From contig JAHPZH010000005.1 in the NCBI GenBank assembly GCA_019058315.1, positions 160,001 through 224,000 on the forward strand: a stretch of 64,000 nt of DNA, given 5' to 3'. The translations under genes and the position numbers were made by a program. The notes under the pieces are model-generated. The model saw only the letters and a program-made list of their open reading frames with translations, did not search any database and was not told the DNA's origin. The stretch is from Candidatus Helarchaeota archaeon. GTDB taxonomy: Archaea > Asgardarchaeota > Lokiarchaeia > Helarchaeales > RDOG01. Shown piece after piece: positions 10,099 to 21,208 of this stretch; the stretch's first letter is position 1; each line of letters begins with the position of its first letter.

Positions 10099-10878
10099 TT
10101 GGAAAAAGATATAGATTTAAAGGGGAAGTACATTTTAATTGTTGGTGGGGGTAAGGCTGGACTCCATGCATTTAAATATTGTAAGAAGAAAAAAGCCAAA
10201 ATTCTCATAGTTGACCCCGATCGTAATTGTATTTTAAGACATCATATTGAATATTTTTTAGAACCAAATGAAATTTCAGAAATTGATTCAATAGCAACTT
10301 CTTCAGAGTCCATATTAATTCAAGGAGGATTGAAAACTAGTTTTAGCATGCTTAATCAATTTAAATTTATATATGTTTTTCCTACTGTGCCCCTTCATCT
10401 CGCAGCCACTTTTGTTGTTCATTATTTGACAAAATTGGGAAAAAAAGTTTATCCTGATAAAGAAATGTTCTCTAAAATAATAAATAAAATTCCATCAGAC
10501 TTAATTCTTGATGTAGATAAGCAAAAAGCAATTGCAATTTTGAGTTACATGCCAGAAGGATTAGAATGTAAAAAAAATTGTTCTTCTCCAATAGTTTGCC
10601 CAGTTTCAGGTATTGAAAAATCAGCTCCATTATTTGAAATAATTAATTCAAAAATCAGTAATTTAAATGGAATAGTTCTCGAAAGTAAGCAGTTGGAGCC
10701 CGGACTAGGAGCAATTGAGGGAAATTCTATTTATAATTTATTTGAATTTATAAAAAATAAAAATCATATTATTATCGCAACTGCAAGTCGGTGTCATGGG
10801 CTTTTAAATACATTTAGAGTGGGGATAGATTTTCTGAAGATTATTAATCAAATAGCTCATCTAAATCTTCCAAGATAA
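10099..10878 (+). CDS. NAD(P)-binding Rossmann protein with C-terminal Cys cluster
   Basis: ILIVGGGKAG; CKKNCSSPIVCP and ATASRCHG. Confidence 0.7.
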   Translation: MEKDIDLKGKYILIVGGGKAGLHAFKYCKKKKAKILIVDPDRNCILRHHIEYFLEPNEISEIDSIATSSESILIQGGLKTSFSMLNQFKFIYVFPTVPLHLAATFVVHYLTKLGKKVYPDKEMFSKIINKIPSDLILDVDKQKAIAILSYMPEGLECKKNCSSPIVCPVSGIEKSAPLFEIINSKISNLNGIVLESKQLEPGLGAIEGNSIYNLFEFIKNKNHIIIATASRCHGLLNTFRVGIDFLKIINQIAHLNLPR

Positions 10879-10913
10879 TCTAAAAATTAGAGAAAATAAT
10901 TTTTAAAGGAAGA

Positions 10914-12377
10914 TTAGACCAAGATTTTTTGTTGTTTAAAGTAATCAAATAGATCTAGAGCTGATTTTGCTGCCAGCTCGGTTCCAACTCCCCAACCACC
11001 AGCATCAGCAGAGCTATAATATAGATTCTTAATTGGAGATATTTGAGATGGTCTATTTTTTCCAACTTGACCCACTATTTGCCCAATACCCGTTCCAGCA
11101 CCTTCCTTGCCCAATTTAGCATCTAAGAATACGTCAGAAACGAAATCAGTCCAAAGGATGTGCCCCTCAATTTCTGGCCATAGATCTAGGAGTGTGTTCA
11201 TACATGCTTTCTCAAATGCTTTAGAAATTTTTTTCCTTTCTTCATCTTGAGTAACACCAAGCGTTGGTGTAACAGTATGGAGATTTTGACAACCTGGAGG
11301 CGCAAGATTAGGGTCCAAATTTGAAATAGGAACAATCATTAAAACAACTTTTTTTGGGACATCTTTGGCTGTTATATCTCCTTCTATCAATTTATTCGGA
11401 TCCAAGACTTTCATATCGCTTGCATCCATTTTGGGGACATAATTCAACCATTTATCGTCGGTGACATGAATATCAACACCCAACTTTAAGGAGCATACTT
11501 GACCACCCCACACTAGATTCTTAATTCTTTCTACGTAATCCTTTTCAAAATGATTTTCTCCTACTAATTTCAGAACTGTGGATTTGATATCAGCATTTGA
11601 AATTACAATATCACTTTCTACAAATTCATTATCTTTACCTACTTCCACACCTATTGCAGAACCATCTTCGACAACAATTCGATTTACTTTGGTTTCTAAC
11701 TTCACAATTCCGTTATTCTCTTCGATTGCTTTACAATAAGCGGTAGGAATTGCCCCTGTACCTCCAAAAGAATAGCCAAAAGCCCTGTTTGTTGCATTTA
11801 ATTTTGAACAACGTAAAAATTCACCAGCAGAGGTTTCTGTTGGTTTGGTTCCAAACATTAAGCCAGCTTGTAATGTGTACATAAATGCATTAAGTTTTTC
11901 TTGTTTTAAATAATCGATTAATGGAACATCATCAAATTTATAGGTATCCTCATAACTCATTTCATTTATAATTTCTCTAAAACCCCGTTTTTTGCTTTTT
12001 CTTGGTTTTTTCTTCTTTTCAGCCCCCGATTTCTTTGAAATTTTTTTGAGTCCAAAACTAAGAATGTTTCCCATCATATTTATACGAGGACCAGGATCTC
12101 GACAATAAGCCCACTTGACTGCATCTGGTTTTCCAATTTTATTTAAAATTTCCCCAAGGAATCCCTTATCACAATTTCCGAAAATATGAGTTCCGACATC
12201 ACATACCCATTCACGGCCAAGTTTATCTTTTTTTAAGTATGAGCCACATCTTCCCCCAATCCAATTATTTTGCTCATATAAATTAATTTTCGATTTAAAT
12301 GAAGTTGCTATTAATGCTCCTATTCCACTTCCGCCAATTCCGCTTCCAATAATTGCAATTCTTTTCATGTTTATCAT
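10914..12377 (-). CDS. Phytoene desaturase/COG1233-like FAD oxidoreductase (paralog 1)
   Basis: IAIIGSGIGG, E..WIGGR, DVGTH, VISNAD, SPIKNLY..ADAGGWG. Confidence 0.88.
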   Translation of the reverse strand: MINMKRIAIIGSGIGGSGIGALIATSFKSKINLYEQNNWIGGRCGSYLKKDKLGREWVCDVGTHIFGNCDKGFLGEILNKIGKPDAVKWAYCRDPGPRINMMGNILSFGLKKISKKSGAEKKKKPRKSKKRGFREIINEMSYEDTYKFDDVPLIDYLKQEKLNAFMYTLQAGLMFGTKPTETSAGEFLRCSKLNATNRAFGYSFGGTGAIPTAYCKAIEENNGIVKLETKVNRIVVEDGSAIGVEVGKDNEFVESDIVISNADIKSTVLKLVGENHFEKDYVERIKNLVWGGQVCSLKLGVDIHVTDDKWLNYVPKMDASDMKVLDPNKLIEGDITAKDVPKKVVLMIVPISNLDPNLAPPGCQNLHTVTPTLGVTQDEERKKISKAFEKACMNTLLDLWPEIEGHILWTDFVSDVFLDAKLGKEGAGTGIGQIVGQVGKNRPSQISPIKNLYYSSADAGGWGVGTELAAKSALDLFDYFKQQKILV

Positions 12378-12420
12378 AATTAATACTTTGTCTTAAATAA
12401 TTAATTCAAATTATACCAAG

Positions 12421-13434
12421 CTATATAATCTCTTGTATTAAAGTTACTATAGATGTAATATCTAACGCAGGTCTAGTTCTGATTATTAACAATAGAACAT
12501 AAGAAAACAGATAAAGCCCAATTAATACGATTCCAGCTATTTTATCAACTTTTCCTCTACAACAAAGAATAAAAATAACACCAATAGAAGCAATAATTAC
12601 ATATAGTATTGCAGGTACTATAAGTTCGGCAGATACTTCATTTGGAAATAAAACTTGTCCAATACCAATCGCAAGACTTGCGTCAATAATACAGCTTCCA
12701 ATTACATCGCCAACTGCAACCTCAACCTCACCCTTTCGAATTGCCCCTATATCAACTACAAGTTCTGGAAGTGAAGTACCAATCGATACAACAAAAAAGC
12801 TGATAATAAAAGCGGGTATATTAAAGAGTCTAGATATCTCTAAAACTCCCGTTATTATCATAGTCACACCAACAGCGACTCCAATGAAACCTAAAGCGGT
12901 AAGTATTATATGAAATAATTTGCTGTGAGTTGTGTTATGTAATTCAGGGTCCATGCATACTTCCCCCAATTTTTCTTTATCAACTACCGCATCAGTTAAT
13001 AATAGATAAATAGGCCAAGTGCCTACTAAAAATAGCCCGTTAACCCAGGTAAAATATCCTTTTTCAACGACGGAAAGTAAAATTATGAGTGCCAGAATTA
13101 AACATCCTCCCATTATAAGAATCTCTCTGCGTTTAATAGCAAATGATTTCCCAATAAAAGGTAATAATCCTAAAACTAGAGTTAATTGAGTGAGCACAGA
13201 TCCGGATGCATCTCCGATATTGATGTTCGCACGACCTAGAGAAGATGATATTATTGAATTAACAATTTCAGGCATATCCGTTCCTAAAGCAACTATCGTC
13301 ATACCAATAATAAGAGAAGGAACGCCAAATATACATGCAAGCGTTATACTATTCTTTACAGCAACATCACTAGCGTAAATCATAATAATTGAGCCAATAA
13401 TAAGAAGAATTATTGCAATTGTTAAGTCCATCAT
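12421..13434 (-). CDS. Na+/Ca2+ antiporter (CaCA family)
   Basis: Alpha-repeat motifs GTDMPE and GTSLPE; about 10 TM. Confidence 0.92.
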   Translation of the reverse strand: MMDLTIAIILLIIGSIIMIYASDVAVKNSITLACIFGVPSLIIGMTIVALGTDMPEIVNSIISSSLGRANINIGDASGSVLTQLTLVLGLLPFIGKSFAIKRREILIMGGCLILALIILLSVVEKGYFTWVNGLFLVGTWPIYLLLTDAVVDKEKLGEVCMDPELHNTTHSKLFHIILTALGFIGVAVGVTMIITGVLEISRLFNIPAFIISFFVVSIGTSLPELVVDIGAIRKGEVEVAVGDVIGSCIIDASLAIGIGQVLFPNEVSAELIVPAILYVIIASIGVIFILCCRGKVDKIAGIVLIGLYLFSYVLLLIIRTRPALDITSIVTLIQEII

Positions 13435-13463
13435 TTTTTTATAGTATTTTTTATTTATAAAAA

Positions 13464-14870
13464 TTAGACTTTTTGCCGTTTAATGAATTTTATAAAGCGT
13501 TTGACTTTTCTAGATGTGAACATGCCTTTAGCTCTTAAAATATAGAACATAATACCAATAGCAATTACAATTAAAGTAAAAAAAATCATGTCAAAATGAA
13601 GCATAGCAAAAATTGGGATTATTGCAATATTAAAACCACATGCAATTATAGGAATAATTGGGTATAGTGGTGTTTTATTTTTAATTTCATACTTATCTTG
13701 TTTTTTTCTTAAAAAGAATATACATAAACAAATCAAAGTAACTCCAAAAAGATAGCCAACATCAGCTATAATTGCCACCTTTTCAATTACTCCTAGACTT
13801 GCAAAAATTATAGAAAAAATAAGTCCAATAAAAATGGCATAATGGGGAGTTCGATTTTTAAAATGTAAAACACCAAAAATTCTCGGAAAATAAGCATCTT
13901 TTCCGAATGCATATATAATACGAGAATTAGAACAAATAGTTGCATTAATTGCTGATGCGACTGTTGCAATAGCTGCTGAATTTAATAAAACTCCTCCCAA
14001 CCTCGGTAATATTGTTTCAGCTGTTAGTGATAATACAACTCCATGACCACGTGTAAATTCATATATTAACTTTACTTGAAATTCTCCTGTTACAATGATT
14101 ATTACATAAATAATTCCAATATAGACAATTGTAGAGATTATTATGGTCAGAATAATTGATAATTTTATGGTTCTTTGAGGATTTTTCATTTCTTCTGCCA
14201 CATTATTGATTATTTCAAATCCGTAAAAACTGATATAGATTAATCCTAGTGTTTGAATAAAAAATAAAAAATTATCAGGGGTTGGTATAACATTTGTAAA
14301 ATTTATTGGAAAACTTCTTGGAAATAAAAATTCTTTTGGAATAGAAATACCTAAACATATTATGAATACTAAAACAAATATTTGCGTCGATGTAAGAATA
14401 ACTTCTACATTTCCAGCTTCTGAAATTCCCTTGTAGTTAATCATACTAAATATTATTAAAATTAAAATTGCAAAAATAGGGATTAGAATTGCCTCAGAAC
14501 CTGATAAGGGATTACCTAACCAATTAAATAAAATATCAACAAAACCAATTGCATATACTGCATTAGCAGCAGAATTGCCAATCAACATAAACCAACCAGT
14601 TATGAAACCGTAAAAACCTCCTTTTAATTCTTCTGCGTAAGTGTAACCTCCACCAGCTTTTGGAATAGTAGAGCCTAATTCAATATAGCAAAGACCTGTA
14701 AAAAGACTTATAATGCCTAATATGAGATATGCTAATATTGCCGAGGATCCCGAAAGCGATATTGCTGCACTGGATAATATAAAAATTCCAGCACCGATCA
14801 TAGCCCCAATTCCAATCATAAGAACTTGTAATAAGCCCAGGACTCGTTTAAATTCAATTTTTTCAGTCAA
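13464..14870 (-). CDS. APC superfamily amino acid permease
   Basis: GAMIGAGIF, PKAGGGY, FYGFE, AEEMKNPQR; about 12 TM. Confidence 0.92.
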   Translation of the reverse strand: MTEKIEFKRVLGLLQVLMIGIGAMIGAGIFILSSAAISLSGSSAILAYLILGIISLFTGLCYIELGSTIPKAGGGYTYAEELKGGFYGFITGWFMLIGNSAANAVYAIGFVDILFNWLGNPLSGSEAILIPIFAILILIIFSMINYKGISEAGNVEVILTSTQIFVLVFIICLGISIPKEFLFPRSFPINFTNVIPTPDNFLFFIQTLGLIYISFYGFEIINNVAEEMKNPQRTIKLSIILTIIISTIVYIGIIYVIIIVTGEFQVKLIYEFTRGHGVVLSLTAETILPRLGGVLLNSAAIATVASAINATICSNSRIIYAFGKDAYFPRIFGVLHFKNRTPHYAIFIGLIFSIIFASLGVIEKVAIIADVGYLFGVTLICLCIFFLRKKQDKYEIKNKTPLYPIIPIIACGFNIAIIPIFAMLHFDMIFFTLIVIAIGIMFYILRAKGMFTSRKVKRFIKFIKRQKV

Positions 14871-14936
14871 ATAACTTCACAATCAAGAAAATATCAAATA
14901 TTAGGATTTTTAAGGAATCTGAATCTAAATAACCCA

Positions 14937-15284
14937 TTAAGTATTAATATCAGTATCTAGGGAGGTTAATATTTTCTTTTCAAAAAAATCTTTATCAAAT
15001 TCAGAAACATAACCACAATTATAACAATTAAATATGAGATGGACCCGATTTGTCCTATTTGCCTTATTTGGATTTAAATAATTTGCTTGTAGAACATGTA
15101 CATGTCGTATACCTGTAACTTTCATTGATGAGTTACAGAATGGGCAGTTTATTTCTAATTTTTTTAAGTCATCAGAGATTTTAATCCATAATTTTTTCAA
15201 TTTATCTTTTTGAACTTTTTTCTTTTGATCTTTTTTCTTATCTTTTTTAATTTTTTTTTCATGATCTAATTTAGAATCTTCCAC
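14937..15284 (-). CDS. Zinc-ribbon protein with basic N-terminus
   Basis: CPFC ... CYNCG; Lys-rich N-terminus. Confidence 0.65.
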   Translation of the reverse strand: MEDSKLDHEKKIKKDKKKDQKKKVQKDKLKKLWIKISDDLKKLEINCPFCNSSMKVTGIRHVHVLQANYLNPNKANRTNRVHLIFNCYNCGYVSEFDKDFFEKKILTSLDTDINT

Positions 15285-15698
15285 TTTCTACCACATGATT
15301 CTTTCATTCTAAATTCAAGGGATTCTTAATTAAATAAAGAGGTTTCATTAAGTCAAAATAATGAATTAAAATGTTAATTTCTCAAATTTTGAGCTTAATT
15401 GAGAAAGTATCTATATAAATTTTATTAAAATAAAAAAAAGTTTAAATAAATTTATTTTAATTTACTACATTTTATATTATCTCCAATATACCAACCCAGA
15501 TTTTTAAAAAATTAGCATATAATTTTTTGAAATTTAATTGAGAAATATTATTATTTCAATAATAAAACTGAGTTTTAAGAATTTGGATAATTTTTCTATT
15601 TTATTTTAAATTAGGATATTACAATTTAATAAATTATTAATAGAAAATTAGAAATTTCGAATAATATTTTATGAATTATAATAATACTAGATAAAAAA

Positions 15699-16880
15699 AT
15701 GAAAAATAGTGAGGGAATAAGTTTGCCTTATAATTATGCGGACATTCCGGATAAATTTGCAACAAAATCTTTTTGGCCCCTTGGTAGACACCTATGGAGG
15801 ATTTATAAAGAGATGGGATGGGAGATTTTTTATCAAGTTCTTGAATGGGGGCAAAGGACGCTTTATGAGCTCATGAGCCAACGATTAGACGAAACAATTT
15901 TAACAGCGAAAGATACTATTGCAGGAAAAATTAAGAATCCCGAGAAAGTTCTTTCATATCCCATGTTTCCACCAGTAGGATGTATGCGGGCCGATCTTCA
16001 GCAAGGAACGATGAAATTACTCTACGGAGAATCTGCAGATGTGTCATATGTTGCCATCGATGATGAAACAGAAGAAATAATTATGATTGTGGATGGTCAT
16101 GTAGAAGACGGAATTCCGGTGGACTGGTGGACTGTAAATACGGATGATGAGTTGTTAGATCGTCGACATCAGAAATTAGGTTATAAATTACGAGATATTA
16201 CTAAAAAAATTCGGTTTAATATGAATAAAGCTGGTCATAGAATAATAGATGTTCTTAAAGATGTGCGCAATGAAAGAGCACCTCAATGGGCTACTTCAGA
16301 TTTTATGGTTTGCACAGTGTGGTTGACTTCTGCTGTTAGTGTAATAGCTGAACCTTCGTCCTGGGAAGCGTTTAGCGCCATCTGGGATGGAATTAATGCA
16401 AAAGCGCAATACGGGCTTCCTGATTATTGGATGACGTATATTCCATGGCCTCCTATGATCGCAACTATTATTGCAATGGGTCGGTTGGGCTGGCAGCTGA
16501 GAATTAACGGACTTTTTGCAGGACATGTATTATATTTACTCGGTATAGAGGAAGAAATTATACAAGGTATAAAGGAAGATTTCCCCGAGTTCTATGAATG
16601 TGCCTATGTTTCGGGTACAACCCAACAAGGGATTCCACGTCCTATGCAGACTATAAATTCGGTTCCTCCTGATCTAAAAAGTAAAGCAACTTATAAAAAT
16701 GAGAAATTCGACTGGAAATATCCTGAAGGTTGGATACAATTGGAAGATTTGGGATTAACAATTGAGGAGATGCTCGAAGGTATATATTTAGATGTTACTC
16801 ATGAGACACCATTAGATGAAAAAATAGATGCTTCAAAAATTGTTTCACGAGGAATTGGACGGAATACAAAATTTGAATAA
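15699..16880 (+). CDS. Uncharacterised expanded family, paralog A (subfamily I)
   Basis: Shares RADL, YG.S.D, H.E.G.P.DWW, RRH.KLG, D.RNER.PQWA, WDG and Y.PWP.M with five other ORFs in the window. Confidence 0.85.
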   Translation: MKNSEGISLPYNYADIPDKFATKSFWPLGRHLWRIYKEMGWEIFYQVLEWGQRTLYELMSQRLDETILTAKDTIAGKIKNPEKVLSYPMFPPVGCMRADLQQGTMKLLYGESADVSYVAIDDETEEIIMIVDGHVEDGIPVDWWTVNTDDELLDRRHQKLGYKLRDITKKIRFNMNKAGHRIIDVLKDVRNERAPQWATSDFMVCTVWLTSAVSVIAEPSSWEAFSAIWDGINAKAQYGLPDYWMTYIPWPPMIATIIAMGRLGWQLRINGLFAGHVLYLLGIEEEIIQGIKEDFPEFYECAYVSGTTQQGIPRPMQTINSVPPDLKSKATYKNEKFDWKYPEGWIQLEDLGLTIEEMLEGIYLDVTHETPLDEKIDASKIVSRGIGRNTKFE

Positions 16881-16899
16881 TTGATTAGAACGTCTCAAA

Positions 16900-17919
16900 T
16901 TATTTTAGTTTTGATATTAAATATTCTGCAACTCCAGCTCCCTTTTTTCCATCTATTTCAAATGTTGCAATTTGTTCAAAAATTTCAGTAAATCCTTCTG
17001 AAGAGGGAAGAGGGAGATATATATTATGAACAGTTTTTGATTCTATGGTCCTTTTTTTTCCATGTTCATCTATAAAATTAAAAACAGAAGAGATTGGTGT
17101 TTTTCCATCACTTTTTGTTTTAGTAGATATTTCGACACTTTCTATTGTTGTATTTCCTTCATTATTTGAATAAAAACCATTCAATAATTTTTTTCCAACA
17201 AATTCAATTTGGAATATATTAAGTGTTTCATCTTCGAATTGAGCCGAAATCCAATACCAGCGATCAATTTTTACCCAATCTCTAGTTCCCCAGCTGTGAT
17301 CTCGATGTCCAAGGCAATTAATTTTTAAAGTTTCCCCTTTTTTCTTTAAAGTTAAAGTCCCAGTTGCCCTCAAGCCTTGTTCGTAATGGTGTTGAGCAGT
17401 TCGCTCTAGTAATTCAACACCTAATTCTTTAATCGACTTCAAGGGATCTTTATGGGATAAATAGTTATATACAGGAAATCTGCCTTCAAAGCTGATATCT
17501 AGCTCAAATCTTTTATCTTGATAAGTAATTCTCCATTTTTTCATTGGTTCAATACAATAATATTTTACTTTTTTATCAAAATCTAAAGTATCAAACATTT
17601 TATCGGTTGGAATATCATTAGCATAGCCAGTAATTTTACCATCAAGTAATAACACCAACATGATTCTAGATCTTTTTTGACCCATCTCATAAGAGATACG
17701 AGTTATAAAATATAATTTATTTGATGGATCTATTAGATTAAAATACCAACTTTCGTTATGATGAGGCGGAAATGTTCCAAAGTCATGTTTATATTCATCT
17801 TTTTCTGAAACATCAACTCCACTCTCAAGGTAATTCAATAAATTTGCATCAATTTTCTGATTTTTTTCTTTCAGATAGTCCAATATTTTATCTTTCATGT
17901 TATCTTTCTCCAATTTCAA
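16900..17919 (-). CDS. CrtC/AttH/tocopherol-cyclase-like beta-barrel protein
   Basis: NESWYF, EPMKKWRI, HYEQ, GHRDHSWG.RDW, G.GVAEY. Confidence 0.7.
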   Translation of the reverse strand: MKLEKDNMKDKILDYLKEKNQKIDANLLNYLESGVDVSEKDEYKHDFGTFPPHHNESWYFNLIDPSNKLYFITRISYEMGQKRSRIMLVLLLDGKITGYANDIPTDKMFDTLDFDKKVKYYCIEPMKKWRITYQDKRFELDISFEGRFPVYNYLSHKDPLKSIKELGVELLERTAQHHYEQGLRATGTLTLKKKGETLKINCLGHRDHSWGTRDWVKIDRWYWISAQFEDETLNIFQIEFVGKKLLNGFYSNNEGNTTIESVEISTKTKSDGKTPISSVFNFIDEHGKKRTIESKTVHNIYLPLPSSEGFTEIFEQIATFEIDGKKGAGVAEYLISKLK

Positions 17920-17925
17920 TAATTT

Positions 17926-19239
17926 TTAATCTTTTAAGGAATAATATGATGGATCTTTCATTCTTTTTTTTCTAGTTTGAAAAAAACGATTAAGAAATGG
18001 ATGAAATCCTGTTGAACCTTTTAAGAAACCCATTTCATGCTTCCTTAATTCTTCAATATAACGTTTAACATCCTTTGTATTGACTAGATCTGAATTTTGC
18101 TGATCTAATGCAACATCATTAGTCCATCCCCAATCCCATTTATTTTCCAATTTAGCAAAAGGGGTAAATTTGGATACAAAATTAGTGTATACATTAACAC
18201 CTGCCATTATTCTCCTAATTTCATTCCAACCTGCAACTTCAATAAACATTTCATTTAAAGATTTTTGACTATAATCTATTAAATGATCCAGAATATCTAT
18301 GGGGAGTTTTTCTATATTGCCAAGATTATCCGGATAACTTAATTTTGAAGGATGAATTAATTCTTTTGTCCATAATCCTATTGAAGTAATATTTTGAGAA
18401 AAATCAGAGGGTTCAGAAAAACATGTGCCCCAATCATTGAATTTTACTGATTTCATGTTTTTTAGAGTCATACCAATGATAATATTTGGAATTTTAGACT
18501 TAATCTCAGTTTTCTGGTAATCTAACAGAAAAATATCCAAATCTAACGGATTTTTTCCTGTATAGAGATCTGTGAATTCCTTAAATATTAGAACCTCATC
18601 CGGAGAATCAGTTTCGTAAGGACCATGATTAAAATTTCCAGATCTACAATCTGCACTTGCTAAAAAATTTCTGCTTGTTAATAAACCGATAGTTCTTTTA
18701 AGCTTTTTATTTAATTCTGGTTTTATAGGTCTCATTTCTTTTAATAATGAATCAATAAAATCTTGTGAGAGAAAACGAATTGAACCATCTTCTACTGCCA
18801 TTGTGCCACTATCAAGATAATTTGGGCATAATTTTGACCAAAAATCTAAAATAAATTTGGTTTCTTTCTTTTTTTCCTCGGGTTCAACTATGATATTGGT
18901 GTTGCCAGTAGCTTTTTTTTCTAAATTATCGTAGATTATTTGCGCTCTACCATGTAAGTATAACATTATATAAGAATTAAAATCTAATTGATTTCTATAA
19001 CTTGCCAGAGTTTTATTTCGCTTGCCAATTTCCTCAGGAGTAATTATTTTTGCTATTTCTTTTGTTATTTTATATGAGAAAGCTTGATCATACAGTAATT
19101 GACAGGCAACATGAATATAATGAGTTACTGGAAAGAGCTCACTTTCAACGACAACTCTTCCAATTAAATTTTCACGGACATTTTCAGAAACATAATAAAT
19201 TAATTTGTTTGTTTCCTCATCACTAATATTGCCTAACAT
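17926..19239 (-). CDS. Hypothetical protein (437 aa), co-transcribed with the CrtC-like gene
   Basis: Long ORF ending 6 nt before 17919; motif-like ESELFPVT, YLHGR and NHGPY; family not recognised. Confidence 0.75.
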   Translation of the reverse strand: MLGNISDEETNKLIYYVSENVRENLIGRVVVESELFPVTHYIHVACQLLYDQAFSYKITKEIAKIITPEEIGKRNKTLASYRNQLDFNSYIMLYLHGRAQIIYDNLEKKATGNTNIIVEPEEKKKETKFILDFWSKLCPNYLDSGTMAVEDGSIRFLSQDFIDSLLKEMRPIKPELNKKLKRTIGLLTSRNFLASADCRSGNFNHGPYETDSPDEVLIFKEFTDLYTGKNPLDLDIFLLDYQKTEIKSKIPNIIIGMTLKNMKSVKFNDWGTCFSEPSDFSQNITSIGLWTKELIHPSKLSYPDNLGNIEKLPIDILDHLIDYSQKSLNEMFIEVAGWNEIRRIMAGVNVYTNFVSKFTPFAKLENKWDWGWTNDVALDQQNSDLVNTKDVKRYIEELRKHEMGFLKGSTGFHPFLNRFFQTRKKRMKDPSYYSLKD

Positions 19240-19427
19240 TTATCAATACACTTTTCAAAAAGTCTTATTGCAATATACTTCATTTTAATTCTTTTATTGA
19301 TTCTTATTCTCTAAATATATCAAGATTTTCATTTTTCTAGAAAATAATAAAAAGAGTATAAACCATAAAAATTAGCATTATTTAGGTCCTAGTTAATATT
19401 TATTACATGAATAAATGAGGTAAAAAA

Positions 19428-20423
19428 ATGACAAAAGCTAAGAAAAAGGTAAAGAAAAAGAAAACTGAAGAAAAAAAAGCAGATATTGAAATTGGAACAA
19501 AAAAGAAAAAACAAGAAGCTAATGGAGCATTTAAACAGATGTCAAAGGCCTATTCGACCTCTGCTAAACTCATGAAAGCAAAAATGAAAAAAGAAAGAGC
19601 AGATGATTTAGAACTCCTCGACAAAGCAGCAGATGATAATATTATCATAGTTAAAGGGGTTTATGATAAAGTTGAACTTGTTATGGATGCTGTTGGCTTG
19701 GAATATATTTTTTTAGAGGAAGAAGCTGTAGGGAGAGTTGATTTTAGGTCAGACCAAATCCTGATCATCAATTGTCCAGGGAGTAAAATTGATGAGCAAG
19801 GAATTAATGATATACGAGATTTCGTAAAAAAGGGAGGATTCTTATTAAGTACCGATTGGGTACTAAAAAATATCCTGGAAAAAGCATTTCCTGGTTATAT
19901 AGAATATAATGGGCATAGCACTGGAGATGAAGTTGTTGGAATCCAGGTTATTGATAAATCACATCCTTTACTTAAAGGAATGTTTAGTGATGTATCAAAT
20001 CCTCAATGGTGGTTAGAAGGATCTTCGTATCCGATTAGAATTTTAAATAAAAAAGCGGTTAAGGTATTAATTAGTAGTAAAGATATGAAAAAACGTTATG
20101 GGGATGACCCAGTCGTTGTATATTTCGATTATGGTAAAGGTAAAGTAATGCATATGCTTTCACATTATTATCTTCAACGCACTGAAACCAGAACGGAAAG
20201 ACAAAAGAAATCAGCAAAAGCCTATGCTGCCGAAATGAAAATAAGTAAGGATGAAATCGATATGGAAGATTTGGAAGATATCTCACTTGGAGAGGTTGAA
20301 TCAGCTTATACATCGGCTCAGTTTATAGGAAATTTAATTGTTGAAAAACAAAAAGAAAATGTAGAATTGCATAAAGCTAAAGATAAAAAGTTAAAAAAAG
20401 GGAAAAAAACAAAAAAATCCTAG
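19428..20423 (+). CDS. Class I GATase-like fold hypothetical protein with basic termini
   Basis: GAGGT SD-like motif upstream; ILIINCPG, FVKKGGFLLSTDW, YGKGKV. Confidence 0.65.
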   Translation: MTKAKKKVKKKKTEEKKADIEIGTKKKKQEANGAFKQMSKAYSTSAKLMKAKMKKERADDLELLDKAADDNIIIVKGVYDKVELVMDAVGLEYIFLEEEAVGRVDFRSDQILIINCPGSKIDEQGINDIRDFVKKGGFLLSTDWVLKNILEKAFPGYIEYNGHSTGDEVVGIQVIDKSHPLLKGMFSDVSNPQWWLEGSSYPIRILNKKAVKVLISSKDMKKRYGDDPVVVYFDYGKGKVMHMLSHYYLQRTETRTERQKKSAKAYAAEMKISKDEIDMEDLEDISLGEVESAYTSAQFIGNLIVEKQKENVELHKAKDKKLKKGKKTKKS

Positions 20424-20523
20424 AATTTCAAAGCTTTTACAATTCATTATATAAAAAAATGGATTTATTTTTGTTAATATGTAAGATAAAAAAAAAGGTT
20501 GTATAATTTTTAATAGACTTAGC

Positions 20524-21090
20524 TTATGCTTCTTTTAATTTAATTAGTTTTGGGATTAATAAGACTAACATTCCACCAAGTGTTACCAATGTTGCAATAA
20601 TTGCTAATGCAGTTGGTTTTGCCATATAGATTAGTAGACCTAACAGAATATAAGGAGTCCTGTTACCTCTACTTACACCACTAGAGGCAAGTGCTATAAT
20701 GAGATCTGTAAGGCGAAGTTGTTGCCATTGATTTAAAGTAATTGCACCTAAAATTGCTCCAGTTATACCTATCCCGATTGAAACCCATTCCAATATAGCT
20801 AACATTTTATTTTCAGAGTCCCCTGAAACCATCGCAATTATTCTAGAAATTAAAATTAGAATAGGACCAATAAAAGCCAATGTTATACCAGCAATCGCAA
20901 TTCCAGGCGAATATAATATAAATAATATAAGCGGTATAATGTCCGCAGGGGTATCTTGTGCAAGTAAGGCCATGATTATGATAAATAACGTGTTGGAATC
21001 AACGTCAGCAAGACCCAATCCAATTAAAAGCGCACCAATTCCGAGGAGCCCGAGTCCAATAAATGTTAAAATATCTCTCGCTTCTACCAT
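20524..21090 (-). CDS. Hydrophobic membrane protein
   Basis: 188 aa, almost entirely hydrophobic; AGGA upstream. Confidence 0.7.
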   Translation of the reverse strand: MVEARDILTFIGLGLLGIGALLIGLGLADVDSNTLFIIIMALLAQDTPADIIPLILFILYSPGIAIAGITLAFIGPILILISRIIAMVSGDSENKMLAILEWVSIGIGITGAILGAITLNQWQQLRLTDLIIALASSGVSRGNRTPYILLGLLIYMAKPTALAIIATLVTLGGMLVLLIPKLIKLKEA

Positions 21091-21208
21091 TATTATTCCT
21101 TCTATAAATTATTAAATTAGAAAAAAAATTAGTTGATATTTTAAAGATTTTTACTTATTAAATCTTTTTTTATTTTAAAAGAAAAAGAGGGTGTTTTAAT
21201 AAGATTTA

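Noticed and set aside
15285-15698. Long AT-rich intergenic region as a possible ncRNA or origin
   Set aside because: No stable stem, ORB-like repeat or adjacent cdc6 was seen; it is consistent with a divergent promoter region.
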